Shown here: piece after piece, positions 1 to 12,819 of the stretch
Numbering within the stretch: position 1 is the stretch's first letter
Layout: the number at the start of each line of letters is the position of its first letter
Source of the DNA: the human T2T-CHM13v2.0 reference genome, Homo sapiens
NCBI RefSeq assembly: GCF_009914755.1
Contig: NC_060939.1
DNA: 64,000 bases
Direction: 5' to 3' (one strand)
Notes under the pieces: model-generated
What the model saw: only the letters and a program-made list of their open reading frames with translations
Told to the model about the DNA's origin: nothing
The model's database searches: none
Translations under genes and position numbers: made by a program

Positions 1-271
1 CCATTCCACTCCAGTCCATTCCATTCGTGTCCATTCCATTCCAGTCCATTCCATTTGTGTCCACTGCATTCCATTCCACTCCATTCCATATTATTCCATT
101 ATACTCCATTCCATTCTATTACTTTCATTTCCATTCAATTCCATTCCATTTGATTCCATTCCACTCGGTTTCATTCCATTTGAGTCCACTCCATTCCATT
201 CCATTCCATTCCATTCAGTTCCATTCCATTCTGTTCCATTCCATTCCGTTCCATTGCATTCCATTCCATTC

Positions 272-2070
272 GGTACCATTCCATATTGTTCCATTCGATT
301 CCATTCGAATCCATTCCATTCCAGTCCATTCCATTCGATTCCATTCCATTCCTTTCAATTCCATTCCATTCCATTCCATTCCACTTGATTCCACTCCATT
401 CCCTTCCACTGCATTCCATTCGATTCCATTCCATTGCATTGCATTCCATTCCATTGGACTGCATTCCATTCGATTCCATTCCATTCGAATCAATTACATA
501 GCAATCCATTACATTCGAGTCTATTCTATTCCGTTCCATTCGATTTCGTTCCAATCCATTCGATTCCATTCCATTCGATTCCATTCCATACTATTGCATT
601 CCATTCGATTACATTATATTCGAATAAGTTCCATTCAAGACCATTTCTTTTGAGTCCATTCTATTTGAGTCCATTCCCTTTGATTCCATAACATTTGAGT
701 CCATTCAATTCCATTCCTTTCGTTTCCATTCCATTTGATGCCATTCCATTCAATTCTGTTCTACTCGACTCCAATACATTCAATTCCATTCCATCCGATT
801 CCATTACATTCTTTTCATTTCTTATCCATTTCAAGCCATTCCACTCCATTCCATTCCACTCGTTTCCTTTCCATTCGAGTCCATTCCTCTCCAGTCCATT
901 CCGTTCAATCCATTCCATTCCAGTCCATTCCATTCGAGTCCGTTCCATTCCAGTCCAATCCATTCGAGTCAATTCCATCCCATTCGATGTCTTTCCATAA
1001 CGATCCATTCCATTCTATTCCTTTCGATTCCATTCCATTCTATTTCATTCCATTCGATTCCCTTCCATTGGACTCCTTTCCATTCGAGTGCATTCCATTC
1101 CGTTCCATTTCTTTCCGTTCTGTACGATTCCTACCGTTCGATTTCATTTTGTTCCAGTCCATTCCTTTCGCGTCCATTCCATTCCATTTCACTCCATTCG
1201 ATTCCATTCCACTCGATTCCACTTCGTTCCTTTTCATTGCATTCCATTCTATTCAACTCTATTGCCTTCCATTCCATTCCATTCGATTACATTCCATGTG
1301 ATTCCATTCGAAATCGAATCAATTACATTGCAATCCATTACTATTGAGTCCATTTTATTCCAGTCCACTGCATTCTGGTCCATTCCATTTGATTCCATTC
1401 CATTCTATTCCATTCCATACAGTTGCATTCCATTGGATTCCATTCTATATCTATAAATTCAATTCGAGACCATTGCTTTTGAATCCATTCTATATGATTC
1501 CATTCCATTCAAGTCCATTACATTTGGTTCAATTCCATTCCATTCCATTCCCTTCCATTCCATTCCAGTTGATATCAATCCATTCGATTCCACTCCATTC
1601 GAGCACATTCCATTCGAGTCCATTCCATTCGATGCCATTCCATTTGATTCTATTCCATTAGTCTCCATTCAATTCCATTAATCTCCATTCCATTCCACTC
1701 TACTCCAACTGATTCCATTCCATTGTATTCCTTTCCATTCCATTTCATTCCATTCCATTCCATTCCATTCCATTCCATTCGCTTCCATTCCATTCGTGTC
1801 CATTCCACTCCAGTCCATTCCATTCGTGTCCATTCCATTCCAGTCCATTCCATTTGTGTCCACTGCATTCCATTCCACTCCATTCCATATTATTCCATTC
1901 CACTCCATTCCATTCTATTACTTTCATTTCCATTCAATTCCATTCCATTTGATTCCATTCCACTCGGTTTCATTCCATTTGAGTCCACTCCATTCCATTC
2001 CATTCCATTCCATTCAGTTCCATTCCATTCTGTTCCATTCCATTCCGTTCCATTACATTCCATTCCATTC
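272..2070 (+). repeat. Representative ~1.8-kb repeat unit (KpnI to KpnI, 1799 bp); 36 KpnI sites in the window
   Basis: GGTACC at about 272, 2071, 3860, 5659, 7453, 9262, 11056, 12865, 14649, 16438, 18231, 20004, 21777, 23576, 25360, 27164, 28958, 30731, 32540, 34329, 36118, 37921, 39704, 41498, 43292, 45086, 46895, 48704, 50498, 52287, 54066, 55849, 57633, 59422, 61225 and 63014. The recurring MSPFNS ORF start (695, 2494, 4283 ... 63442) gives unit spacings of 1773-1814 bp. Confidence 0.97.
380..1510 (+). repeat. Internal diverged direct repeat within each unit (about 380-680 vs about 1210-1510, offset 829 bp)
   Basis: GAATCAATTACATAGCAATCCATTAC at 487 vs GAATCAATTACATTGCAATCCATTAC at 1316, and AGACCATTTCTTTTGAGTCCATTCTAT at 638 vs AGACCATTGCTTTTGAATCCATTCTAT at 1467. 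Both pairs are 829 bp apart. Confidence 0.85.
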
Positions 2071-5000
2071 GGTACCATTCCATATTGTTCCATTCGATTC
2101 CATTCGAATCCATTCCATTCCAGTCCATTCCATTCGATTCCATTCCATTCATTCCAATTCCATTCCATTCCATTCCATTCCACTTGATTCCTCTCCATTC
2201 CCTTCCACTGCATTCCGTTCGATTCCATTCCATTGCATTGCATTCCATTCCATTGGACTGCATTCCATTCGATTCCATTCCATTCGAATCAATTACATAG
2301 CAATCCATTACATTCGAGTCTATTCTATTCCGTTCCATTCGATTTCGTTCCAATCCATTCGATTCCATTCCATTCGATTCCATTCCATACTATTGCATTC
2401 CATTCTATTACGTTATATTCGAATAAGTTCCATTCAAGACCATTTCTTTTGAGTCCATTCTATTTGAGTCCATTCCCTTTGATTCCATAACATTTGAGTC
2501 CATTCAATTCCATTCCTTTCGTTTCCATTCCATTTGATGCCATTCCATTCAATTCTGTTCTACTCGACTCCAATACATTCAATTCCATTCCATCCGATTC
2601 CATTACATTCTTTTCATTTCTTATCCATTTCAAGCCATTCCACTCCATTCCATTCCACTCGTTTCCTTTCCATTCGAGTCCATTCCTCTCCAGTCCATTC
2701 CGTTCAATCCATTCCATTCCAGTCCATTCCATTCGAGTCCGTTCCATTCCAGTCCATTCCATTCGAGTCAATTCCATTCCATTCGATGTCTTTCCATAAC
2801 GATCCATTCCATTCTATTCCTTTCGATTCCATTCCATTCTATTTCATTCCATTCGATTCCCTTCCATTGGACTCCTTTCCATTCGAGTGCATTCCATTCC
2901 GTTCCATTTCTTTCCGTTCTGTACGATTCCTACCGTTCGATTTCATTTTGTTCCAGTCCATTCCTTTCGCGTCCATTCCATTCCATTTCACTCCATTCGA
3001 TTCCATTCCACTCGATTCCACTTCGTTCCATTTCATTGCATTCCATTCTATTCAACTCTATTGCCTTCCATTCCATTCCATTCGATTACATTCCATGCGA
3101 TTCCATTCGAAATCGAATCAATTACATTGCAATCCATTACTACTGAGTCCGTTTTATTCCAGTCCACTGCATTCTGGTCCATTCCATTTGATTCCATTCC
3201 ATTTTATTCCATTCCATACAGTTGCATTCCATTGGATTCCATGCTATATCTATAAATTCAATTCGAGACCATTGCCTTTGAGTCCATTCTATATGATTCC
3301 ATTCCATTCAAGTCCATTACATTTGGTTCAATTCCATTCCATTCCATTCCCTTCCATTCCATTCCAGTTGATATCAATCCATTCGATTCCATTCCATTCG
3401 AGCACATTCCATTCGAGTCCATTCCATTCGATGCCATTCCATTTGATTCTATTCCATTAGTCTCCATTCAATTCCATTAATCTCCATTCCATTCCATTCT
3501 ACTCCAACTGATTCCATTCCATTCCATTTCATTCCATTCCATTCCATTTCATTCCATTCCATTCCATTCGCTTCCATTCCATTCGTGTCCATTCCACTCC
3601 AGTCCATTCCATTCGTATCCATTCCATTCCAGTCCATTCCATTTGTGTCCAGTGCATTCCATTCCACTCCATTCCATATTATTCCATTACACTCCATTCC
3701 ATTCTATTACTTTCATTTCCATTCAATTCCATTCCATTTGATTCCATTCCACTCGGGTTCATTCCATTTGAGTCCACTACATTCCATTCCATTCCATTCC
3801 ATTCAGTTCCATTCCATTCTGTTCCATTCCATTCCGTTCCATTGCATTCCATTCCATTCGGTACCATTCCATATTGTTCCATTCGATTCCATTCGAATCC
3901 ATTCCATTCCAGTCCATTCCATTCGATTCCATTCCATTCCTTTCAATTCCATTCCATTCCATTCCCTTCCACTTGATTCCACTCCATTCCCTTCCACTGC
4001 ATTCCATTCGATTCCATTCCATTGCATTGCATTCCATTCCATTGGACTGCATTCCATTCGATTCCATTCCATTCGAATCAATTACATAGCAATCCATTAC
4101 ATTCGAGTCTATTCTATTCCGTTCCATTCGATTTCGTTCCAATCCATTCGATTCCATTCCATTCGATTCCATTCCATACTATTGCATTCCATTCGATTAC
4201 ATTATATTCGAATAAGTTCCATTCAAGACCATTTCTTTTGAGTCCATTCTATTTGAGTCCATTCCCTTTGATTCCATAACATTTGAGTCCATTCAATTCC
4301 ATTCCTTTCGTTTCCATTCCATTTGATGCCATTCCATTCAATTCTGTTCTACTCGACTCCAATACATTCAATTCCATTCCATCCGATTCCATTACATTCT
4401 TTTCATTTCTTATCCATTTCAAGCCATTCCACTCCATTCCATTCCACTCGTTTCCTTTCCATTCGAGTCCATTCCTCTCCAGTCCATTCCGTTCAATCCA
4501 TTCCATTCCAGTCCATTCCATTCGAGTCCGTTCCATTCCAGTCCAATCCATTCGAGTCAATTCCATCCCATTCGATGTCTTTCCATAACGATCCATTCCA
4601 TTCTATTCCTTTCGATTCCATTCCATTGTATTTCATTCCATTCGATTCCCTTCCATTGGACTCCTTTCCATTCGAGTGCATTCCATTCCGTTCCATTTCT
4701 TTCCGTTCTGTACGATTCCTACCGTTCGATTTCATTTTGTTCCAGTCCATTCCTTTCGCGTCCATTCCATTCCATTTCACTCCATTCGATTCCATTCCAC
4801 TCGATTCCACTTCGTTCCATTTCATTGCATTCCATTCTATTCAACTCTATTGCCTTCCATTCCATTCCATTCGATTACATTCCATGCGATTCCATTCGAA
4901 ATCGAATCAATTACATTGCAATCCATTACTATTGAGTCCATTTTATTCCAGTCCACTGCATTCTGGTCCATTCCATTTGATTCCATTCCATTCTATTCCA

Positions 5001-7000
5001 TTCCATACAGTTGCATTCCATTGGATTCCATTCTATATCTATAAATTCAATTCGAGACCATTGCTTTTGAATCCATTCTATATGATTCCATTCCATTCAA
5101 GTCCATTACATTTGGTTCAATTCCATTCCATTCCATTCCCTTCCATTCCATTCCAGTTGATATCAATCCATTCGATTCCATTCCATTCGAGCACATTCCA
5201 TTCGAGTCCATTCCATTCGATGCCATTCCATTTGATTCTATTCCATTAGTCTCCATTCAATTCCATTAATCTCCATTCCATTCCACTCTACTCCAACTGA
5301 TTCCATTCCATTCTATTCCTTTCCATTCCATTTCATTCCATTCCATTCCATTCCATTCCATTCCATTCGCTTCCATTCCATTCGTGTCCATTCCACTCCA
5401 GTCCATTCCATTCGTGTCCATTCCATTCCAGTCCATTCCATTTGTGTCCACTGCATTCCATTCCACTCCATTCCATATTATTCCATTACACTCCATTCCA
5501 TTCTATTACTTTCATTTCCATTCAATTCCGTTCCATTTGATTCCATTCCACTCGGTTTCGTTCCATTTGAGTCCACTCCATTCCATTCCATTCCATTCCA
5601 TTCAGTTCCATTCCATTCTGTTCCATTCCATTCCGTTCCATTGCATTCCATTCCATTCGGTACCATTCCATATTGTTCCATTCGATTCCATTCGAATCCA
5701 TTCCATTCCAGTCCATTCCATTCGATTCCATTCCATTCCTTTCAATTCCATTCCATTCCATTCCATTCCACTTGATTCCACTCCATTCCCTTCCACTGCA
5801 TTCCATTCGATTCCATTCCATTGCATTGCATTCCATTCCATTGGACTGCATTCCATTCGATTCCATTCCATTCGAATCAATTACATAGCAATCCATTACA
5901 TTCGGGTCTATTCTATTCCGTTCCATTTGATTTCATTCCAATCCATTCGATTCCATTCCATACTATTGCATTCCATTCTACTACATTATATTCCAATAAG
6001 TTCCATTCAAGACCATTTCTTTTGAGTCCATTCTATTTGAGTCCATTCTATTTGAATCCATTCCCTTTGATTCCATAACATTTGAGTCCATTCAATTCCA
6101 TTCCTTTCGTTTCCATTCCATTTGATGCCATTCCATTCAATTCTGTTCTACTCGACTCCAATACATTCAATTCCATTCCATCCGATTCCATTACATTCTT
6201 TTCATTTCTTATCCATTTCAAGCCATTCCACTCCATTCCATTCCACTCGTTTCCTTTCCATTCGAGTCCATTCCTCTCCAGTCCATTCCGTTCAATCCAT
6301 TCCATTCCAGTCCATTCCATTCGAGTCCGTTCCATTCCAGTCCATTCCATTCGAGTCAATTCCATTCCATTCGATGTCTTTCCATAACGATCCATTCCAT
6401 TCTATTCCTTTCGATTCCATTCCATTCTATTTCATTCCATTCGATTCCCTTCCATTGGACTCCTTTCCATTCGAGTGCATTCCATTCCGTTCCATTTCTT
6501 TCCGTTCTGTACGATTCCTACCGTTCGATTTCATTTTGTTCCAGTCCATTCCTTTCGCGTCCATTCCATTCCATTTCACTCCATTCGATTCCATTCCACT
6601 CGATTCCACTTCGTTCCATTTCATTGCATTCCATTCTATTCAACTCTATTGCCTTCCATTCCATTCCATTCGATTACATTCCATGCGATTCCATTCGAAA
6701 TCGAATCAATTACATTGCAATCCATTACTATTGAGTCCGTTTTATTCCAGTCCACTGCATTCTGGTCCATTCCATTTGTTTCCATTCCATTTTATTCCAT
6801 TCCATACAGTTGCATTCCATTGGATTCCATGCTATATCTATAAATTCAATTCGAGACCATTGCTTTTGAATCCATTCTATATGATTCCATTCCATTCAAG
6901 TCCATTACATTTGGTTCAATTCCATTCCATTCCATTCCCTTCCATTCCATTCCAGTTGATATCAATCCATTCGATTCCATTCCATTCGAGCACATTCCAT
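700..7000 (+). repeat. Dimer-level duplication, period 3588 bp (units 1-2 resemble units 3-4)
   Basis: Rare variants recur at about +3588: CAGTCCAATCC (~955/~4543), CCACTCTACT (~1696/~5283), ATTTTATTCCATTCCATAC (~3201/~6789). Anchors 695>4283 and 2494>6082 are both 3588 apart. The copies are not identical. Confidence 0.7.
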
Positions 7001-7169
7001 TCGAGTCCATTCCATTCGATGCCATTCCATTTGATTCTATTCCATTAGTCTCCATTCAATTCCATTAATCTCCATTCCATTCCATTCTACTCCAACTGAT
7101 TCCATTCCATTCTATTCCTTTCCATTCCATTTCATTCCATTCCATTCTATTTCATTCCATTCCATTCCA

Positions 7170-10100
7170 TTCGTGTCCATTCCACTCCAGTCCATTCCAT
7201 TCGTGTCCATTCCATTCCAGTCCATTCCATTTGTGTCCACTGCATTCCATTCCACTCCATTCCATATTATTCCATTATACTCCATTCCATTCTATTACTT
7301 TCATTTCCATTCAATTCCATTCCATTTGATTCCATTCCACTCGGTTTCATTCCATTTGAGTCCACTCCATTCCATTCCATTCCATTCCATTCCATTCAGT
7401 TCCATTCCATTCTGTTCCATTCCATTCCGTTCCATTACATTCCATTCCATTCGGTACCATTCCATATTGTTCCATTCGATTCCATTCGAATCCATTCCAT
7501 TCCAGTCCATTCCATTCGATTCCATTCCATTCATTTCAATTCCATTCCATTCCATTCCATTACATTCCACTTGATTCCTCTCCATTCCCTTCCACTGCAT
7601 TCCGTTCGATTCCATTCCATTGCATTGCATTCCATTCCATTGGATTGCATTCCATTCGATTCCATTCCATTCGAATCAATTACATAGCAATCCATTACAT
7701 TCGAGTCTATTCTATTCAGTTCCATTCGATTTCGTTCCAATCCATTCGATTCCATTCCATTCGATTCTATTCCATACTATTGCATTCCATTCTATTACAT
7801 TATATTCGAATAAGTTCCATTCAAGACCATTTCTTTTGAGTCCATTCTATTTGAGTCCATTCCCTTTGATTCCATAACATTTGAGTCCATTCAATTCCAT
7901 TCCTTTCGTTCCCATTCCATTTGATGCCATTCCATTCAATTCTGTTCTACTCGACTCCAATACATTCAATTCCATTCCATCCGATTCCATTACATTCTTT
8001 TCATTTCTTATCCATTTCAAGCCATTCCACTCCATTCCATTCCACTCGTTTCCTTTCCATTCGAGTCCATTCCTCTCCAGTCCATTCCGTTCAATCCATT
8101 CCATTCCAGTCCATTCCATTCGAGTCCGTTCCATTCCAGTCCACTCCATTCGAGTCAATTCCATCCCATTCGATGTCTTTCCATAACGATCCATTCCATT
8201 CTATTCCTTTCGATTCCATTCCATTCTATTTCATTCCATTCGATTCCCTTCCATTGGACTCCTTTCCATTCGAGTGCATTCCATTCCGTTCCATTTCTTA
8301 CCGTTCTGTACGATTCCTACCGTTCGATTTCATTTTGTTCCAGTCCATTCCTTTCGCGTCCATTCCATTCCATTTCACTCCATTCGATTCCATTCCACTC
8401 GATTCCACTTCGTTCCATTTCATTGCATTCCATTCTATTCAACTCTATTGCCTTCCATTCCATTCCATTCGATTACATTCCATGCGATTCCATTCGAAAT
8501 CGAATCAATTACATTGCAATCCATTACTATTGAGTCCATTTTATTCCAGTCCACTGCATTCTGGTCCATTCCATTTGATTCCATTCCATTCTATTCCATT
8601 CCATACAGTTGCATTCCATTGGATTCCATTCTATATCTATAAATTCAATTCCAGACCATTGCTTTTGAATCCATTCTATATGATTCCATTCCATTCAAGT
8701 CCATTACATTTGGTTCAATTCCATTCCATTCCATTCCCTTCCATTCCATTCCAGTTGATATCAATCCATTCGATTCCATTCCATTCGAGCACATTCCATT
8801 TGAGTCCATTCCATTCGATGCCATTCCATTTGATTCTATTCCATTAGTCTCCATTCAATTCCATTAATCTCCATTCCATTCCATTCTACTCCAACTGATT
8901 CCATTCCATTCTATTCCTTTCCATTCCATTTCATTCCATTCCATTCCATTTCATTCCATTCCATTCCATTCGCTTCCATTCCATTCGTGTCCATTCCACT
9001 CCAGTCCATTCCATTCGTGTCCATTCCATTCCAGTCCATTCCATTTGTGTCCACTGCATTCCATTCCACTCCATTCCATATTATTCCATTACACTCCATT
9101 CCATTCTATTACTTTCATTTCCATTCAATTCCATTCCATTTGATTCCATTCCACTCGGTTTCATTCCATTTGAGTCCACTCCATTCCATTCCATTCCATT
9201 CCATTCAGTTCCATTCCATTCTGTTCCATTCCATTCCGTTCCATTGCATTCCATTCCATTCGGTACCATTCCATATTGTTCCATTCGATTCCATTCGAAT
9301 CCATTCCATTCCAGTCCATTCCATTCGATTCCATTCCATTCCTTTCAATTCCATTCCATTCCATTCCATTCCACTTGATTCCACTCCATTCCCTTCCACT
9401 GCATTCCATTCGATTCCATTCCATTGCATTGCATTCCATTCCATTGGACTGCATTCCATTCGATTCCATTCCATTCGAATCAATTACATAGCAATCCATT
9501 ACATTCGAGTCTGTTCTATTCCGTTCCATTCGATTTCGTTCCAATCCATTCGATTCCATTCCATTCGATTCCATTCCATACTATTGCATTCCATTCTATT
9601 ACATTATATTCGAATACGTTCCATTCAAGACCATTTCTTTTGAGTCCATTCTATTTGAGTCCATTCCCTTTGATTCCATAACATTTGAGTCCATTCAATT
9701 CCATTCCTTTCGTTTCCATTCCATTTGATGCCATTCCATTCAATTCTGTTCTACTCGACTCCAATACATTCAATTCCATTCCATCCGATTCCATTACATT
9801 CTTTTCATTTCTTATCCATTTCAAGCCATTCCACTCCATTCCATTCCACTCGTTTCCTTTCCATTCGAGTCAATTCCTCTCCAGTCCATTCCGTTCAATC
9901 CATTCCATTCCAGTCCATTCCATTCGAGTCCGTTCCATTCCAGTCCACTCCATTCGAGTCAATTCCATTCCATTCGATGTCTTTCCATAACGATCCATTC
10001 CATTCTATTCCTTTCGATTCCATTCCATTCTATTTCATTCCATTCGATTCCCTTCCATTGGACTCCTTTCCATTCGAGTGCATTCCATTCCGTTCCATTT

Positions 10101-12450
10101 CTTTCCGTTCTGTACGATTCCTACCGTTCGATTTCATTTTGTTCCAGTCCATTCCTTTCGCGTCCATTCCATTCCATTTCACTCCATTCGATTCCATTCC
10201 ACTCGATTCCACTTCGTTCCATTTCATTGCATTCCATTCTATTCAACTCTATGGCCTTCCATTCCATTCCATTCGATTACATTCCATGCGATTCCATTCG
10301 AAATCGAATCAATTACATTGCAATCTATTACTATTGAGTCCGTTTTATTCCAGTCCACTGCATTCTGGTCCATTCCATTTGATTCCATTCCATTCTATTC
10401 CATTCCATACAGTTGCATTCCATTGGATTCCATTGTATATCTATAAATTCAATTCGAGACCATTGCTTTTGAGTCCATTCTATATGATTCCATTCCATTC
10501 AAGTCCATTACATTTGGTTCAATTCCATTCCATTCCATTCCCTTCCATTCCATTCCAGTTGATATCAATCCATTCGATTCCATTCCATTCGAGCACATTC
10601 CATTCGAGTCCATTCCATTCGATGCCATTCCATTTGATTCTATTCCATTAGTCTCCATTCAATTCCATTAATCTCCATTCCATTCCATTCTACTCCAACT
10701 GATTCCATTCCATTCTATTCCTTTCCATTCCATTTCATTCCATTCCATTCCATTTCATTCCATTCCATTTCATTCGTGTCCATTCCACTCCAGTCGATTC
10801 CATTCGTGTCCATTCCATTCCAGTCCATTCCATTTGTGTCCACTGCATTCCATTCCACTCCATTCCATATTATTCCATTATACTCCATTCCATTCTATTA
10901 CTTTCATTTCCATTCAATTCCATTCCATTTGATTCCATTCCACTCGGTTTCATTCCATTTGAGTCCACTCCATTCCATTCCATTCCATTCCATTCCATTC
11001 AGTTCCATTCCATTCTGTTCCATTCCATTCCGTTCCATTACATTCCATTCCATTCGGTACCATTCCATATTGTTCCATTCGATTCCATTCGAATCCATTC
11101 CATTCCAGTCCATTCCATTCGATTCCATTCCATTCATTTCAATTCCATTCCATTCCATTCCATTACATTCCACTTGATTCCTCTCCATTCCCTTCCACTG
11201 CATTCCGTTCGATTCCATTCCATTGCATTGCATTCCATTCCATTGGATTGCATTCCATTCGATTCCATTCCATTCGAATCAATTACATAGCAATCCATTA
11301 CATTCGAGTCTATTCTATTCAGTTCCATTCGATTTCGTTCCAATCCATTCGATTCCATTCCATTCGATTCTATTCCATACTATTGCATTCCATTCTATTA
11401 CATTATATTCGAATAAGTTCCATTCAAGACCATTTCTTTTGAGTCCATTCTATTTGAGTCCATTCCCTTTGATTCCATAACATTTGAGTCCATTCAATTC
11501 CATTCCTTTCGTTCCCATTCCATTTGATGCCATTCCATTCAATTCTGTTCTACTCGACTCCAATACATTCAATTCCATTCCATCCGATTCCATTACATTC
11601 TTTTCATTTCTTATCCATTTCAAGCCATTCCACTCCATTCCATTCCACTCGTTTCCTTTCCATTCGAGTCCATTCCTCTCCAGTCCATTCCGTTCAATCC
11701 ATTCCATTCCAGTCCATTCCATTCGAGTCCGTTCCATTCCAGTCCACTCCATTCGAGTCAATTCCATCCCATTCGATGTCTTTCCATAACGATCCATTCC
11801 ATTCTATTCCTTTCGATTCCATTCCATTCTATTTCATTCCATTCGATTCCCTTCCATTGGACTCCTTTCCATTCGAGTGCATTCCATTCCGTTCCATTTC
11901 TTACCGTTCTGTACGATTCCTACCGTTCGATTTCATTTTGTTCCAGTCCATTCCTTTCGCGTCCATTCCATTCCATTTCACTCCATTCGATTCCATTCCA
12001 CTCGATTCCACTTCGTTCCATTTCATTGCATTCCATTCTATTCAACTCTATTGCCTTCCATTCCATTCCATTCGATTACATTCCATGCGATTCCATTCGA
12101 AATCGAATCAATTACATTGCAATCCATTACTATTGAGTCCATTTTATTCCAGTCCACTGCATTCTGGTCCATTCCATTTGATTCCATTCCATTCTATTCC
12201 ATTCCATACAGTTGCATTCCATTGGATTCCATTCTATATCTATAAATTCAATTCGAGACCATTGCTTTTGAATCCATTCTATATGATTCCATTCCATTCA
12301 AGTCCATTACATTTGGTTCAATTCCATTCCATTCCATTCCCTTCCATTCCATTCCAGTTGATATCAATCCATTCGATTCCATTCCATTCGAGCACATTCC
12401 ATTTGAGTCCATTCCATTCGATGCCATTCCATTTGATTCTATTCCATTAG
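7170..12450 (+). repeat. Near-identical units two apart, period 3603 bp (7170-8850 vs 10775-12450)
   Basis: Shared variants TATTCAGTTCC, CGATTCTATTCC, CGTTCCCATT, TTCTTACCGTT and ACATTCCATTTGAG. ORF pairs 7173/10776, 7881/11484 and 7921/11524 have identical translations. Confidence 0.85.
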
Positions 12451-12819
12451 TCTCCATTCAATTCCATTAATCTCCATTCCATTCCATTCTACTCCAACTG
12501 ATTCCATTCCATTCTATTCCTTTCCATTCCATTTCATTCCATTCCATTCCATTTCATTCCATTCCATTCCATTCGCTTCCATTCCATTCGTGTCCATTCC
12601 ACTCCAGTCCATTCCATTCGTGTCCATTCCATTCCAGTCCATTCCATTTGTGTCCACTGCATTCCATTCCACTCCATTCCATATTATTCCATTACACTCC
12701 CTTCCATTCTATTACTTTCATTTCCATTCAATTCCATTCCATTTGATTCCATTCCACTCGGTTTCATTCCATTTGAGTCCACTCCATTCCATTCCATTCC
12801 ATTCCATTCAGTTCCATTC

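Noticed and set aside
1305-1325. AAATCGAATCA resembling the DUX4 site TAAYBBAATCA; possible heat-shock elements
   Set aside because: The first base of the DUX4 motif mismatches, and similar near-matches arise trivially from GAATG repeats. I saw no canonical alternating nGAAnnTTCn array.
1445-1460. TATA-like TATCTATAAATT once per unit (TATATATATAAA variant at ~33705)
   Set aside because: It is an AT-rich degenerate pentamer stretch, homologous to TATTCGAATAAGTT in the other half-unit. No other promoter evidence is visible.
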